Part shown: piece after piece, positions 1-13,145 of the stretch | Layout of the letters: every line of letters starts with the position of its first letter | How positions within the stretch are numbered: position 1 is the first letter of the stretch | Assembly (NCBI RefSeq): GCF_000143415.4 | Contig: NW_003314358.1 | Location: 506,731 to 570,730, forward strand | Direction: 5' to 3' | Length of the DNA stretch: 64,000 nucleotides | From: Selaginella moellendorffii | Lineage: Eukaryota; Plantae; Lycopodiophyta | Program-made: the position numbers and the translations under genes | Notes under the pieces: model-generated | Database searches by the model: none | What the model saw: only the letters and a program-made list of their open reading frames with translations | Told to the model about the DNA's origin: nothing

Positions 1-2729
1 AATTTTCTTGATAGTGAATCCTATGTTTCCCAATAATAGTGATCTTGGTGGTTCCTATACTATAATACTAGTTTATCAGATGATAACTTATTTGGAATAC
101 TTTTGTGTTTTAATTTAAGATTTATTCACTGGTAATTAAGTCTCTTAGATATCATTGTTTTTGACTTTGATATTGTCCATCTATTGATCTTTGAGTTTGG
201 GCCAGTATAGGCAGACTGGCTTTGGCACTTTGTGTGCATGGTGAAATCTCTAGTCATGTGGTAGTTACTGTCGACTAGTCATATCACCTGCCTCTCTGTC
301 GATGTTTTCTATTTCGTTCAAAGGGCATGACCATGTAAACAACTTTAACTGCCTATTTACAGTAGTCTATCTAAACCTTACTGATGGGTTTGGTTTCTTT
401 GCTCAAGAGGTTTGGGGCCTCTGGCTTCTCTCTCTATGTCCTTGTAGGTAGGGGGCGTATCACAGTTTTGTAAGCTGGGTGACACCCAGAGTAGCAAGGG
501 TGGCTGACTCTGTTGGTCATTTCCTTGTCAGCAATAGCCAAAAGGTGTTTGAGTTGATAGCACATCCATGTTAGACAAAGAAGTTACCCTAACTCATTTA
601 AGTTGGTGCATTTCTCACATAGTGTGATCACTGTGAACTTTTAATAGAGTTGTTTCCTTGGCAGTGGTCTAGACTCGAGTATGCATCAATGAGGACGTTG
701 ATCTTCCTTGGGGGGGAGAGTGTCGCGAATGTAACTTTGGGAAAGTCAAGGCCACCTCTTGGTTGGTGGCAAATAACGGGCTGCCGGTAGGACAGCGGTT
801 CCAGGAAGAAGCATGCCGACGGTGCAAGGAGTGTGGCGAGCTGGAGACAGCGCGACATGTCCTATGGGAATGCGACGTGGCGAGAGAAGTATGGTGACAG
901 ATCTTCAAGGCGACGCAGGAACTCGGAGACATTCCAGAGTTTGAGGCTCAAAGTGGGGATATCCTCCACTGGTTTGAGGGAGCTAGAGGTCCAGCCATTG
1001 GTCCAACTTGGAGGTGTATTCGTTGCTACGGACAACACCGATGGAACATGTGAGTCCGATGGGACGTGACAGGGGCTGAAGTTGGGATGTCCATCTGGGA
1101 GGCGTTGGGCCAGGAGCGCTGGTCCATTTGGAGGGCAACAGGAGTGCAGGCACTCTGGGAGGCGCGGAACCACTGTTGCTTTGATGGGCAACAAGCGAGA
1201 ATATCGGCAGTGGTGGCATCATGGTGGAGACTCACTCTTGCAGCGGTGCGTCTTCACTACACCATCCTAAAAGAGCGGGCGAAACCGTGGCAGCTCGAGG
1301 AGTGGAGATCTAGGTGGCTCCCATGCTTCGGCAAATTGGGAGGTGGTGAGATTCGCTGGCAATGGCGCCCCCCAGACTCTGTTCTAAGGTCAGCTCGTGG
1401 GGGAGACTTGGACATCAACATGATTCGCTCGAGACGACCACGTCCACTTCTACTCTAGGACTAGGTCTAGCTGTGACATATGAGGATCACGTAGAGTAGC
1501 TCATTGAGAGGGCGGCATGCCCAGTTTTTGTATTAGTCCCATTGGGACATGGGGAATGTACATACACGTTCAGCGAATATAATTTTGGGTATCGAAAGTT
1601 ACTTGTTGGCTAGTCCTTATGGACACTCTTTTCTTACTGCCACGACGGCAGGAGGTCAGTATTGTTGACCCTTTATCAGTCCCTCTTGTGCTAATGGAGT
1701 TAACTGGGCATTTCGAGTGTATTTAAACCGGACGAACATAAGGACAGAATTCCTACGTGTTATTAGCTAAGTATACTTAGCTCGGTAAGGAGTTCCCATC
1801 TCGTTATGTCTTGCACTGGCTAATGACAAGAACCCTTGTGTATTGAGATTAGTCCCTTAATATCGCTAGATGATAGCTTACCATGTCTGCCAAACACCCT
1901 TGCTATAATGCCTTTATGTTAGTCTCATTTCAGTCTCAAATGCTAATTATGGAAAGTGTTTGCTAATTATGGAAAGTGTTTAGATTCACTCATTTGGCAT
2001 ATTTACGGAATGTAGAGATTGTTCTGAACACAATGGTGTTTATTCCATGTCCAAATTTGCAATCTAAAGATATTCCATATTTAGTAAGTTTTGAGTTTGT
2101 CTCAAAGACTAACTCCTGATACTAAGGGGCTTGGGGTGAAAGCCCAAAGCATGTGTTCCTCAAGGGAAGGGGGGGGGGGGGGCAGGGAGTATGGGGGGTT
2201 CCAAATATATAGTAGGGATAGTGGGTAAGTTGGGCATGGTTGACCAACTTGAGGCATAATTTAGCTCTTGCTTGCGTGCTTGTTCTTGTTCTATGTCTAG
2301 CTTGGGTCTAAGCCCAAGTTCCATTCCATCCTAGCTGGTGGAGTACCTATGTCCTTGCGTTAAGCCACCGGTATGCTGAAATAGCACCAAACTCTGTTTG
2401 ACTCTGTTTTGCATGTTGGTCCTAGCATTGGGAAGCTAATTGCTCTAGAACTGATCCAAGTTGCTCCGTGCTCTTATCCCTTTGCTCCTCGGGCTATACC
2501 CTTGGGAGTCGTTCCATGCTCTAGTGCCAATGCTCCTTGACTTTATGCTTGGGAGTTTGGCACCGTTCCTTTGTTCAATGGCCAAGGCTTTGAAACTTGG
2601 GCTCTGCACCACTATCCTTTGGACATATGGCATGTGACATGTGGCACATGAAGGGTTTAGGTTCCACTTTGTGGTGTTATCTTATGGTAAATTACCATAA
2701 GATAAAGGGTAAAAGCCATATGCGCTACA
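1..2729 (+). mobile_element. 3' part of family-B LTR retrotransposon (internal 3' end, PPT, long-variant 3' LTR 721-2729), inserted in the 5' LTR of element A
   Basis: 1-720 aligns with 34,320-35,043. PPT GGGGGGAGAG at 711-720. LTR starts TGTCGCGAAT (721) and ends GCGCTACA (2729), like the LTRs at 28,910 and 35,044. The 5' end lies outside the window. Confidence 0.85.
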
Positions 2730-3466
2730 AATGGAGACCAAGACCGGGTCTAATGTCGAGTCTGAAGTCGAGGCTAAGGCTGAGGTTGAGACTGAGGCTG
2801 AGGCTGAGACTAAGACTAAAACCGAGACCGAGACCAAGACCAAGACCAAGACCAGGACTGAGTCCGAGTCTGAGACCAAGACCAAGACTGAGTCCGAGTC
2901 TGAGACCAAGATTGAGTTTGAGTCCGAGACCAAGACCAAGTCCGAGTCCAAGTTCGAGTCCAAGTCCAAGTCTAAGGGTGAAAGCCCAAAGCGATCATCT
3001 CCCAAACCCTAGAGTATAGTAGGGATAGTGAGGTCCAGGAACCAGTCTTGAAAGAACTCTCCAAGGGTGCTTCCAAACTGACTTGAGGTTGAGACTGGAG
3101 CCAAGGGGACTTGGGTGGGAGTGAGCATGGACTCGAGTGGTGCCGGAGAGGCCACCCAAGGAAGTGCTCAAGAGCAACTCCCACTCCCGAAAGGGAAATC
3201 AACTACAGTGCTCCCAACTCATGTAGAGTGGTACCCCACTTGAGAACCTTGTGGCTCATCGGTCCTCGCCCTTCTTAGGGGCTTGGGCCTTCCCTTCGGG
3301 ATAGAAGTGAGGGCATAAAGGTACCCATACCGGGCCATTAGGCCATGGTGTTTAGCCCCAGTGTCTCGAAACAAGTGTTACACCGAAAGCTTGGGATTTA
3401 AAGGGTCCCATGATCAAGTCTTGTTGTACCAAGGGATGTTAAAAACCTGGAGGTTTGGTGTGCTTG

Positions 3467-5181
3467 TGTAAGCGATTTATTTTTCCATTCTACTTTAGTC
3501 ACTTAACCACACCTCCGACCACTTGGAGGAGTCTCACTCACAACCTCCATAAGTCCTATTTCAGACTTGGGCTTGCTAGCCCCGAGAATGGCATTCCCGC
3601 CACTCAACCTTTGCACTTGGTCCAAGTGCTCCACGTGTCTGATCTTATGACCGACACCCCAAGGTACCACCGACATATTGGCCCATTACGCTAAGGCTAT
3701 GCCCATTCACCTTGGTCACACCGGTGATCCAACACCACCTGCATTGCCGTCCCATCTCTCAAAGACTGGGCCATCCGTCCATGAGTGACCATTCTAGGTC
3801 CACTCCTTAGCATCCTTAAGATGCCCGTAGACGTGGGGAGATATCCCCTTAACAGTCCCCACCAAGATCCTTTTCTGTCCATGGCCATGTTCACCATCAT
3901 TGCCACTGGATCAAGGCCCATAGGCCCAACCACTAAGTCCCATTGTCCTCTAGAACTTCCTCACTGTGTGACTGTGTCCTTGGTCACTACACCAGAGGGC
4001 TACTCCTCTTCCTTACCACAGACTAGGACTTTGGGATAACATTTCGGAACACCGTGGCCCTACGTGGGCCTCATGGGTACTCTCCCCACCTTCCGCCTTT
4101 AGGTGTTTTAGCCATGGGCTTAGAGCGAGGTTCTATTGAGCCACGTCAAGTATCCAAGTAGGTAGTGCCACCCACACTTGGACTGGGAGCATCGGCCAGT
4201 CGATCTCCCGGGGGAACTAGAGTCGGCTCTTGAACACTTCACCAAGCTACCCTGCTTGTCGGTCCGTATTCACTCTAGTCTTGGACTTCTCAGTGGTCAG
4301 TTCATCACCCAACACTGGGTTTGGCCTTCTTGGGCCAAACTGGCCTTTCCTAGCCAAACTGGCTCCACTACAGTCTTCCCCCTACTATACTTTTGGAGCT
4401 CACCAAACCCCCCAGGGTCTGGGAGACGAACGCTTTGGGCTTTCACCCTCTCAGACTCGAACTCGGACTCGGACTCAGACTCGGACTCGGACTTGGACTC
4501 GGACTCGGACTTGGACTCGGACTCAGACTCGGACTCGGGCTCGGGCTCGGTCTCGGCCTTGGCCTCGGTCTCGGTCTCGGTCCCAGTCTCAGTCTCAGTC
4601 TCGGTCTTAGTCCCGGTCTCGGTCTGGTCTTGGTCTCGACCTCGGACTCCATCTCGGGTCCTTCTCAGACTCCATCTCGGATTCTATCTCGGGTCCATCT
4701 TGGACTCCATCTCGGACTCCGTCTCGGTCCATCTCGGACTCCGTCTTGGTCCACCTCGGACTCCATCTCGGACTCCGTCTCGGTCCACCTCGGACTCCAT
4801 CTCGGACTCCACCTCGGACTCCATCTCGGATTCCACCTCAGACTCCACCTCAAACTCCAGCTCGGACTCCATCTCGGACTCCACCTCGGACTCCATCTCG
4901 GACTCCATCTCGGTCCACTTCGGACTCCATCTCGGACTCCATCTCAGACTCTTCCACGTGTCATGTGTTGGTCCTTTTGGGTCCGTTTTTGGAATCTCGC
5001 TTATTGCTCGCTTCATGCTCGTTCCTTGAGCACTCCGTTGGGAGTTCCACTCCTGCTCTCAACCTTTCAAGTCGAAGCCTTTTAGTTCAAACGTGTTACG
5101 CTCGTTTGGCTTTTGCTTCGGCCACTACCACGTGGCTCCTTTTTGGCTCCACTTTGGGGCCTAGGGATTTTGTGTCTCACA
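3467..5181 (-). mobile_element. Solo LTR, family C, inserted in the 5' LTR of A
   Basis: TG...CA termini. Perfect TSD GCTTG at 3462-3466 and 5182-5186. Reverse complement of the LTR at 38,024-39,653. Confidence 0.92.
4452..4950. repeat. Hexamer/dodecamer tandem array (TCGGAC, TCGGTC, CTCGGACTCCAT) inside family C LTR
   Basis: Directly visible. Related arrays at 2735-2970, 10,780-11,050, 13,665-14,180, 27,590-28,020 and 38,870-39,055. Confidence 0.95.
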
Positions 5182-5509
5182 GCTTGGCTGCTTGTGCCTG
5201 TGGGGAGTGTAGCCGAACCTTAAGTCCAGTCTAACCCGGGGTGGGGGATTGGGAGAGATTTGGGAATCTATGGATGGATGGCTAACGCTTCATTGCTTGT
5301 GTAGTGAGTAGCTGAAACCAAGTAGGACCAAGTAGGAACTGGTACAATAGGCAAGAACCTTGGTGAGGGAACTTAGCAAAAGTCAAGGCAGTGTTGGTCG
5401 GATAGACAAGGTAAGCTAGGTAATTGGAAGGGAAAAATTTGTGGCTTACAATTTGGTATCGGAGCCTTTTCCTCAGTTCTAGCGAAGGATAGAGGCGGAT
5501 TGCTGGGAG

Positions 5510-8500
5510 ATGGCAAAGACAGAATGGAAACAAACCAAGATAGAGACGGAACCTCCTCCAGAGCTGGAGCCTCCGGTCAAACAAGAGGCTATGGATGAGG
5601 TATCTTTGCATGAGGAGGATTTCAGTGAGGAAACTTCCAAACAGGAGTTCGGTGGTAAGGTTCGGTCATCCAAGGCTTGATTGGACGTTCTATAAGGACA
5701 ATTAGCACAAACCAATGCCCTGCTAGAGAAGCGAAAGAAAAGGCAAAAGACTGCGAATGCTGGCAACGCAAAAGGTGCGGACCCTTCTGCAGGGACTGAG
5801 GCAAAACCAAACAAGGTCGAATAGACCGAAGTGGAATCAATCCCTCAGGCAATTCCCAAGTACAAACCAAAGCCCCCACCGGTCTTTAAGGGAGTGAACG
5901 ACTATAAGGTGGTAAAGGATTGGTTTTACGATATGGAAGACTACTTTCGAGTGTTGTGATTACCGAGCTCGGAGAAGGTCCTATGTGCAAAACCATACTT
6001 GGCAGATAATGCTAAGTCTTGGTGGAGAATGGCCACTTGGGAAATGATGAAGGCGAGGATCAGTGCGACTTACGTTCCTCTGAATACTACTCTATATCTA
6101 AGAGACGAGTTGAGTAGGCTGAAGCAAACCGGAACCATTCAGGAGTATGTGAATAGGTTTATGGCAAAGAGGATAATTGTCACGTACATGGGGGATATGG
6201 ATGTGTTCCATGCCTTTATATTAGGCTTGCAAATTTGGGCTCATGGTGAGGTGATGCGTTGGAACCCGACTAATTATAAGGAAGTGTTAGATGCAACTAT
6301 CAAGGTGCATTTCAATAATAGCTTGCAAAAGGGGAACACAATGGGGTCGGGGTCCACATTTAGCAAAGGGGCCAAACTAAGGGGAACATATAGCAAAAGG
6401 AAATTCAAGAAGAGTTTCTTTAAGAATGAGTCCTCGGGGTTCTAGAAAGGCAAATTTAGTGGCTAGCGAGCAAATACGTGGGGGAGTCAAGCAAAAAGAG
6501 ACAAACCCACGGATAAGAAGGTCAAGTCGGTTAATAGTGTGGGAAATAACATATGCTACAACTGCGGTGAAGCGGGACACTTTTCGAGGGAATGTCTCTA
6601 CCTGAAGAAGGCCAAAGCTATATGGCCATTAAGTTGGGTGAAATCTAAATTGAGGTATGTAATCCAATCCCTAGCTCAAAGTTATTCATTACACAAACAA
6701 CTTTGCTAGAGAGTCATTTGCGACATCTACTTGCCCTCCGAGGGAAGCTCGGAGGTAGCTTTGTTAAGATCCTTATTGATACGGGTGCTTCGGATAATTT
6801 TGTGGCTGTAGACATAGTCCAGCAAGCCAGACTAATGGTGCAGCGGCTGGGCAAACCAAGGACTATAAAGTTTGTTCAAGGTAGCCAAAGCACTGATGAG
6901 ATACTTTGATAAGCGAGAGTCGAAATAAGGACATGGAAAGTAGACATAGATTTCACTGTGTTGGACATGGCGAGATTTGACGTGATCTTCGGGATGGATT
7001 GGTTCAATCGGTTCGTGGTAGCTCTACATGGACAAGGTAGGAACCTTGGGGTACTAGCGAATGCCCAAGGAAGAAGATCTAGGGTAGAGGCTTAGGATCT
7101 AAAAGTAAGGCAATGCAAAGTTAAAGATTCTTGCCTAAACCTGGTGTCCACGAGAGGACAACTCATTAAAGGAACCAAGGTAGTATTTTTGTGCTTACTC
7201 TCAGTGAAGAGTGACAAAAAAATGGGAACTAAAGAAGTACCTTTAGTGATCCAGCGAGTGTTGGACCAATTCCAGGATACCATGCTGGAGGAGCTACCAG
7301 TGGGGTTGCCCCCTGCACAACTGATAGAATATAAGATTGAGTTGGTTGAGGGTGCTGAGGTGGTGGTTTGTCCCCCCTATCGTTTGAACGAAAAAGAACT
7401 CAAAGAGCTCAAATGCCAACTAAAGGAGTTGGTGGACAAAGGGTATGTCAGGTTTAGCAAGTCGCCGTATGGGGGTGCCGGTGTTATTTGTGAAAAAGAA
7501 AGATGGATTTATGCGCATATGTATAGACTATTGGTTGCTCAACAAGTATACAAAGAAGAACAAATACCCTTTGCCAAGGATTGAAGACCTGTTCGATAGG
7601 TTGGGAAAGGCAAAATACTTCTCGAGGATTAACCTAAGGTCAAGATAGTACCAAATCAGGGTAGCAAAGGAAGATGTCAAGAAAACAATCTGTTGAACAA
7701 GGTATGGGAGCTTTGAGTTTCTGGTGATACCCTTCGAACTATGCAATGCGCTAACAACATTTTTGGTGTTGATGAACCACATCTTTGTACCACATCTAGA
7801 TCACTTTGTGGTTGTCTATATTGACAACATCCTGATCTATAGCAAAACGCTAGAGGAGCATGCCGAACACTTGACGAAGGTATTTGAGAAACTAAGGAAA
7901 CCAGCTGTATGCTAAAGAGAGCAAATGTGACTTTGCTCAACAAGAGGTAAAGTTTCTCGGGCATGTGGTGGGCAAGGACAGGCTCAAGGTGGATGCTAAG
8001 AAGGTCTAAGCGATCCAGGAATGGGAGTAACCATCAAATATACACGAGTTAAGGGCATTCTTGGGGCTATGCAACTACTACCAAAAGTTTATCAAACACT
8101 ATTCAAGAGTAGCCCTGCCCTTAACAGACCAAATGGGAAAAGGGAAGATGGTATAGACAGTGGAATGCAAAGCAGCATTTGTCCACCTCAAAGGGAAGTT
8201 GAGGAAGGCTCCCGTGTTGCGTTACTAGACTTTGGTAAGGACTTTGAGGTAGAAACGAATGCTTCAGACTTTATGTTGGGCACAGTTTTGAAGCAAGACA
8301 ACCATCCAATAGCGTTCTTCTCGAAGAAGTTGCACAAGGCTCAATGGAAGTGGCCTACCCACGAGAAGGAATTGTTTGCAGTGGTCAAAGTGTTCAAGGA
8401 GTGGTGACACTACCTTGGGAGACACTTCAAGGTTTACATAGACAATGTGGCAACGAAACACTTTTTGTCACAAACCGACCTGAGAGGGAAACAAGGTTGG

Positions 8501-10300
8501 TGTGTCAATGCTTTGGCTAAGTTTGATTGCAAGATTTTGTACAAGCCTGGGAAGAGCAACATCGTGGTAGATGTGCTAAGTCAAAAAGCGAGCTTGAAGT
8601 TGGCAATATCCAGCGCGACAACAACCTTTTGGGATGATGTGCAGACAGCCTATGAGAATCATGGTCTAGCACAAGAAGTGTTGCTGAGGAATCTAGAGGC
8701 ACGAGAAGCTCACCAAAGAAGTGAGCTGCCAACGGAAGAGAAAACGGGCTATGCGGAACGCAATGAATTCATCTATTACAAGCAAACAAGGGTGTATGTT
8801 CCAGAAGGGGAACTAAGGAAGGTAGCCTTAGAAGAGTGTCATGACAGACCTCTTGCGGGATATGGCGAAGTGCCCAAGATGATGAGCTTACTCAAGAGGA
8901 AGTACCACTGGCCAGATATAGCTAAGGACGTCCAAGACTATGTAAAGACATGCCCAACATATCAGCAGGTGAAAGCCGTGACTAAGGCTAGTGGGGGCTT
9001 GTTACAAAGCATCCCAATTCCAGATCATCCATGGAAATGTCTTATGATGAACTTCATCACAGGACTCCCCCCAAGCGAGGGGTTTGATACGATATTCGTG
9101 GTGGTGGACTGATTTTCGAAGATGGCACATTTCATACCCACCACAATGGAAGTGGATGTGGAAGGTGTGGCGAAGCAGTTCTTCGAACAAGTGGTTCGAG
9201 TGCAGGGAAGGCCAGAAGAGATTATCTCAGATCGAGATAAGATCTTCACCAGTAGGTTCTGGAGAACTCTTTTGGAACAGTATCACACAAAGTTGAAATT
9301 CAGCACAACCTATCACCCACAGATAGGTATTGAGTATTAAGTCATTGATGGCACTAACACTTCTTGACAGATGGACAAATGGAAAGGGTGAATAGGCAGC
9401 TGTAGGATTATTTGCGATGCTATATCTCGGGAAACCAGATTGATTGGGTAAGTCATTTGGGACTTACGGAAATGTGTTATAACAACTCACCACATTCGAG
9501 TATCAGGGTGAGTCCATGGGAAGTCATCAATGGGCAAGCTATTGAAGGTCCTGTGAAACTTGGCATGGTATCATGGAGAGTTACCCGCAGTGAAGGCATT
9601 CATGGTGGAAAGACTCAACATTTGGAATCTAGTAAGGGATTCCTTGGAACAAGCTCAACAAAGGCAAACCAAGTACGCGAACCAGAAGCGCCGGGATGTA
9701 GAGTTCCAAGCTAGGGGAACCTCAGGCTACCAAGTGGGATCAGCCAGAAGTTGACCCTTCTTGTAAATGAATTGATCTTGAGTTCCTTAAACAAGTTCAT
9801 GGGGCTTTATGAGATTGAGGCACGAATTGGTAAAGTGGCTTACCATCTCTGACTTCCTCAAGAGATGGGGAAGATGCACCCAGTGTTCCACGTGAACTTA
9901 CTCAAGCTGTACTTTGAGGATCCGCTTCGCAAGGACCAAGTAAGACCTTTACCTAAGGTTATCCAAGGGGAAGAGGAATACGAAGTCGAGGCCATCCTCA
10001 AGCACCCAGTATTCTGCGTGAACTTACTCAAGCTGTACTTTAAAGATCCACTTCGCAAGGACCAAGTAAGACCTTTACCTGAGGTTATCTAAGGGGAAGA
10101 GGAATACGAAGTCGAGGCCATCTTCAATGCTTGCAAGAGTAAACGACAAGGACGCGAGGTGAGAGAGTTCCATGTGAAGTGGAAAGGATTTCCACACTGC
10201 GAAACAACATGGGAACCAGAGGAGAACCTAGCGAATGCGCGAGATCTAGTGGAGGAATTTCTACAAGGCAGAACTCTATGTACTTATGCAAAGTTCAATT
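5510..10300 (+). pseudogene. gag-pol of element A, disrupted by many stops and frameshifts
   Basis: Zinc knuckle CYNCGEAGHFSREC (~6554). Protease [20 protein letters not shown]. RNase H ETNASD...HEKELFAVV. Integrase fragments. C-terminal chromodomain EYEVEAI...VKWKGFPHCETTWEPEENL (~10,100-10,260). Confidence 0.9.
9877..10128 (+). repeat. 126-bp in-frame tandem duplication at the integrase/chromodomain junction of A
   Basis: The HPVF(H/C)VNLLKLYF...EEEYEVEAI segment occurs twice, starting at 9877 and 10,003. Confidence 0.9.
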
Positions 10301-13145
10301 AAAGTATCAATTTGTGAAGTTGAACAATGGCATATGTTGGGACCCGAAGGTGCGTTGAAGGTAAGCTAATTAGCATGGGTTAGCTAGGTTGACCAGGCAT
10401 AGGGAACTACGCCCGACTCCCCACAGGGATGTCAAATCTGTAAACATATTCTACGGAGGTTGGGTTCAAGTCCCAACCCCCTAGTAAAGCAAGGCTGGGT
10501 TCAAGTCCCGACCCCATACTAGGGCGTGGTGAGGTGAGGGGTATAGGGACACCTATATTCTGTTGTCATGGGCTCTTGGCCAGGGAGGCTAACTTAGGCA
10601 CACCACTAAGTGGGGGCATGCCCCTAGAGACATAGTCAACAAGTCGTAAAGACGTTCGATGTGGGTATCAAACTTCTTCTATGGGTGGTGGAGTTGTAAG
10701 GAATCAACTCCCTGAGGTGTCGTAGGCTAAAGGATCCCTGAAAGCATGACCGAAATGACAAAGAGTTCATCGGATGGGATCGAGTTTGACATCGAGTCCA
10801 AAACCGACTCTGAGACCGAGTTCAAGATAGAGTCAGGGATCGAGTCCAAGGTCGACTCGGAGACCGAGTTCAAGACCAAGTTTGAGACCGAGTTCGAGAC
10901 AGAGTCCGAGATCCGAGATTGGGTCCAAGACCGAGTCTGAGGTCGAGTCTGAAGTCGAGTCCGAGATTGGGTTCGAGATTGAGTCCGAGATCGAGTCCGA
11001 GACCGAGTCTGAAGTTGGGTCCAAGATCAAGTCCGAGACCGAGTCCGAGTACTAATATAGGTGAGGGGTTTAGCCCCTCACCCCAAAGCGTGCGTCTCTG
11101 AGGGGGGGGGGGGGGGGGGGGCCTGCAGGGGGTTCCAAAAGTATAGTAGGGATAGTGAGGTTCAGGAACCAATCTTGAAGGAACTCTCTAGGGGTACTTC
11201 CAAACTGACTTGAGGTTGAGACTGGTGCCGAGGGGCCTTGGGTGGGAGTGACCATAGACTCGGGTGGTGCCGGAGGGGCCACTCAAGGAAGTGCTCAAGA
11301 GTAACTCCCACTCCCGAAAGGGAAACCAACTGCAGTGCTCCCGGCTCATGTGAAGTGGTGCCCCACTTGAGTACCTTGTGGTTCATCAGTCCTCGCCCTT
11401 CCTAGGGGCTTGGGCCTTCCCTTCGGGATAGAAGTGGGGGGGTTGAGGTACCCATACCGGGCCATTAGGCTATGGTGTTTAGCCCCAGTGTCCCGAAGCA
11501 AGTGTTGCACCCAAGGCTTGGGATTTAGAGGGTCCTTGCTTGGCTACTTGTGCCTGTGGGGAGTGTAGCTGAACTTTAAGTCATGTTTAACTCGGGAAGG
11601 GGGATTGGGAGAGATTTGGGAATCCGTGGATAGATGGCTAACGCTCCGTTGTTTGTATAGTGAGTAGCTGAAACCAAGTAGGACCAAGTAGGAACTAGTA
11701 CAATAGGCGGGAACCTTGGCAAAGGAACTTATCAAAAACCAAGGCAGTGTTGGTCAGATAGACAAGGTAAGTTAGCAAATTGGAAGGGAAAAGTTTATGG
11801 TTTACAATTAAGTGACTAAAGTAGAATGGAAAAATTTAGTTGCTTACAATTTGGTATTAGAGTTGTTCCTTAATTTGACTCTTATTGGTGATCAAGTATA
11901 TCACCACTTGTATTAGCATTGAAAGGTTCTAGAAGTGGGCTTATCCTTGGAGTAACATGCTAAGAGGGCATGACTTTCCACCTTAATTCATACTTAGACA
12001 TGTTGGCAATGTGGTGGATAGAAAGAGGCTAATAAAGGAATAACTTTGGGATCTTGGGAACAGTAAAAGATTTTCCTCAAAATGTTGAGGATATGATTTA
12101 TATAAGCATTTGACTTAGCAAACTAGCTAATGTGGTTGCGATAGACAACTATAATTGGAATCACAAGAATGATGGAAACTCCTAGACAATAAAGGATTTA
12201 TAAGATTATTCTCATATAGCTGGGGATGGTGCTCAAGAATTTGGACTGGATTTGGTGACTATAGGAGGTCAAATACAGATAAGGATATATGTCCTTGAAA
12301 TGGTAGTTAAGGCTACTTTTAATAAAGGTTAAAATAGGGAGTACTTAAAAGATGAGTAGGTGTCTCATCATATGGAAAAAAAAACTCTGAAGGGCAAAAG
12401 TAGCCCACATAGAATAAAGGATAATTATGTGTCAAAGCAACATTTATAAAGATGGTTCTTATTAATGGAATATGAATACAAGAAGTTATATTCAAGTATG
12501 GTGGCACTTCAAAAGTAGTCAGAAGGCTAAGACCTTACGAGACATTGGATTAATAAAGTCTAAATGCTAAATGATTTAGTAAAGTTAATGGATAGTTCTA
12601 AAGACTCAAAGGAATCTCATTTGGATAGAGGTGTGTTATACCCTACGAAGGACTAGAAGGATTATGAGATCCAAATATAAAAAAAATGGGTATGTCACTG
12701 ATGGCAGGACATGTTATATTAAAGTCATGGCAAGGTGTTCATAAAAGAAAGCAACTTTAGTGATGAGTTGTATACAAATATTGTGTTGCAATACTAACCA
12801 ATAGTTAGTATAAAAAATGACTATTCTTGTTTTGGTAAAGATTTTAAAGAAGTGTTATGAGGATAAATTCATAGAGCCAATAGTGTGGAAACATTAAATG
12901 TTCTAAAGTGTGATGCTTTGAGATCAAATTGATTAACCCCTTGCTAAAGGAATTTCAATAGAAATGAGATAAGTATAGTTTAAGCTAGAAGGCATATGAC
13001 TCAAGTGTGTTGACCCAAATAATAATGGAGGTATGAAAGCATTAACAATGAGTTATAAGACATGATAATTATGAAATAAATAAGCAAAAGTTTGGAATAA
13101 TTTGTTGGAGTTAACTTCCTAAAACTTCTTGGTTGGACAAGAAAG

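Larger units (their letters stand above)
2730..11806 (+). mobile_element. Ty3/gypsy chromovirus (family A, possibly Galadriel-like), decayed; 5' LTR remnant 2730-5450 (interrupted), 3' LTR 10,695-11,806
   Basis: 5' LTR ends GGCTTACA (5450). tRNA-iMet PBS TGGTATCGGAGCC at 5454-5466. PPT ATGGGTGGTGGAGT before TGTAAG at 10,695. 3' LTR ends TTTACA at 11,806. The two LTRs align. Confidence 0.9.

Noticed and set aside
4178-5234. Long low-complexity ORFs (SD-, LG-, RT-, RP-repeats), also at 2597-3019, 10,746-11,172, 14,004-14,318 and 27,630-28,154
   Set aside because: By-products of the hexamer/dodecamer arrays inside LTRs. They are open in several frames and on both strands.
10458-10513. tRNA gene or SINE
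   Set aside because: Only T-arm-like hairpins are present. No A-box, D-arm, anticodon arm or poly(A/T) tail was recognised.
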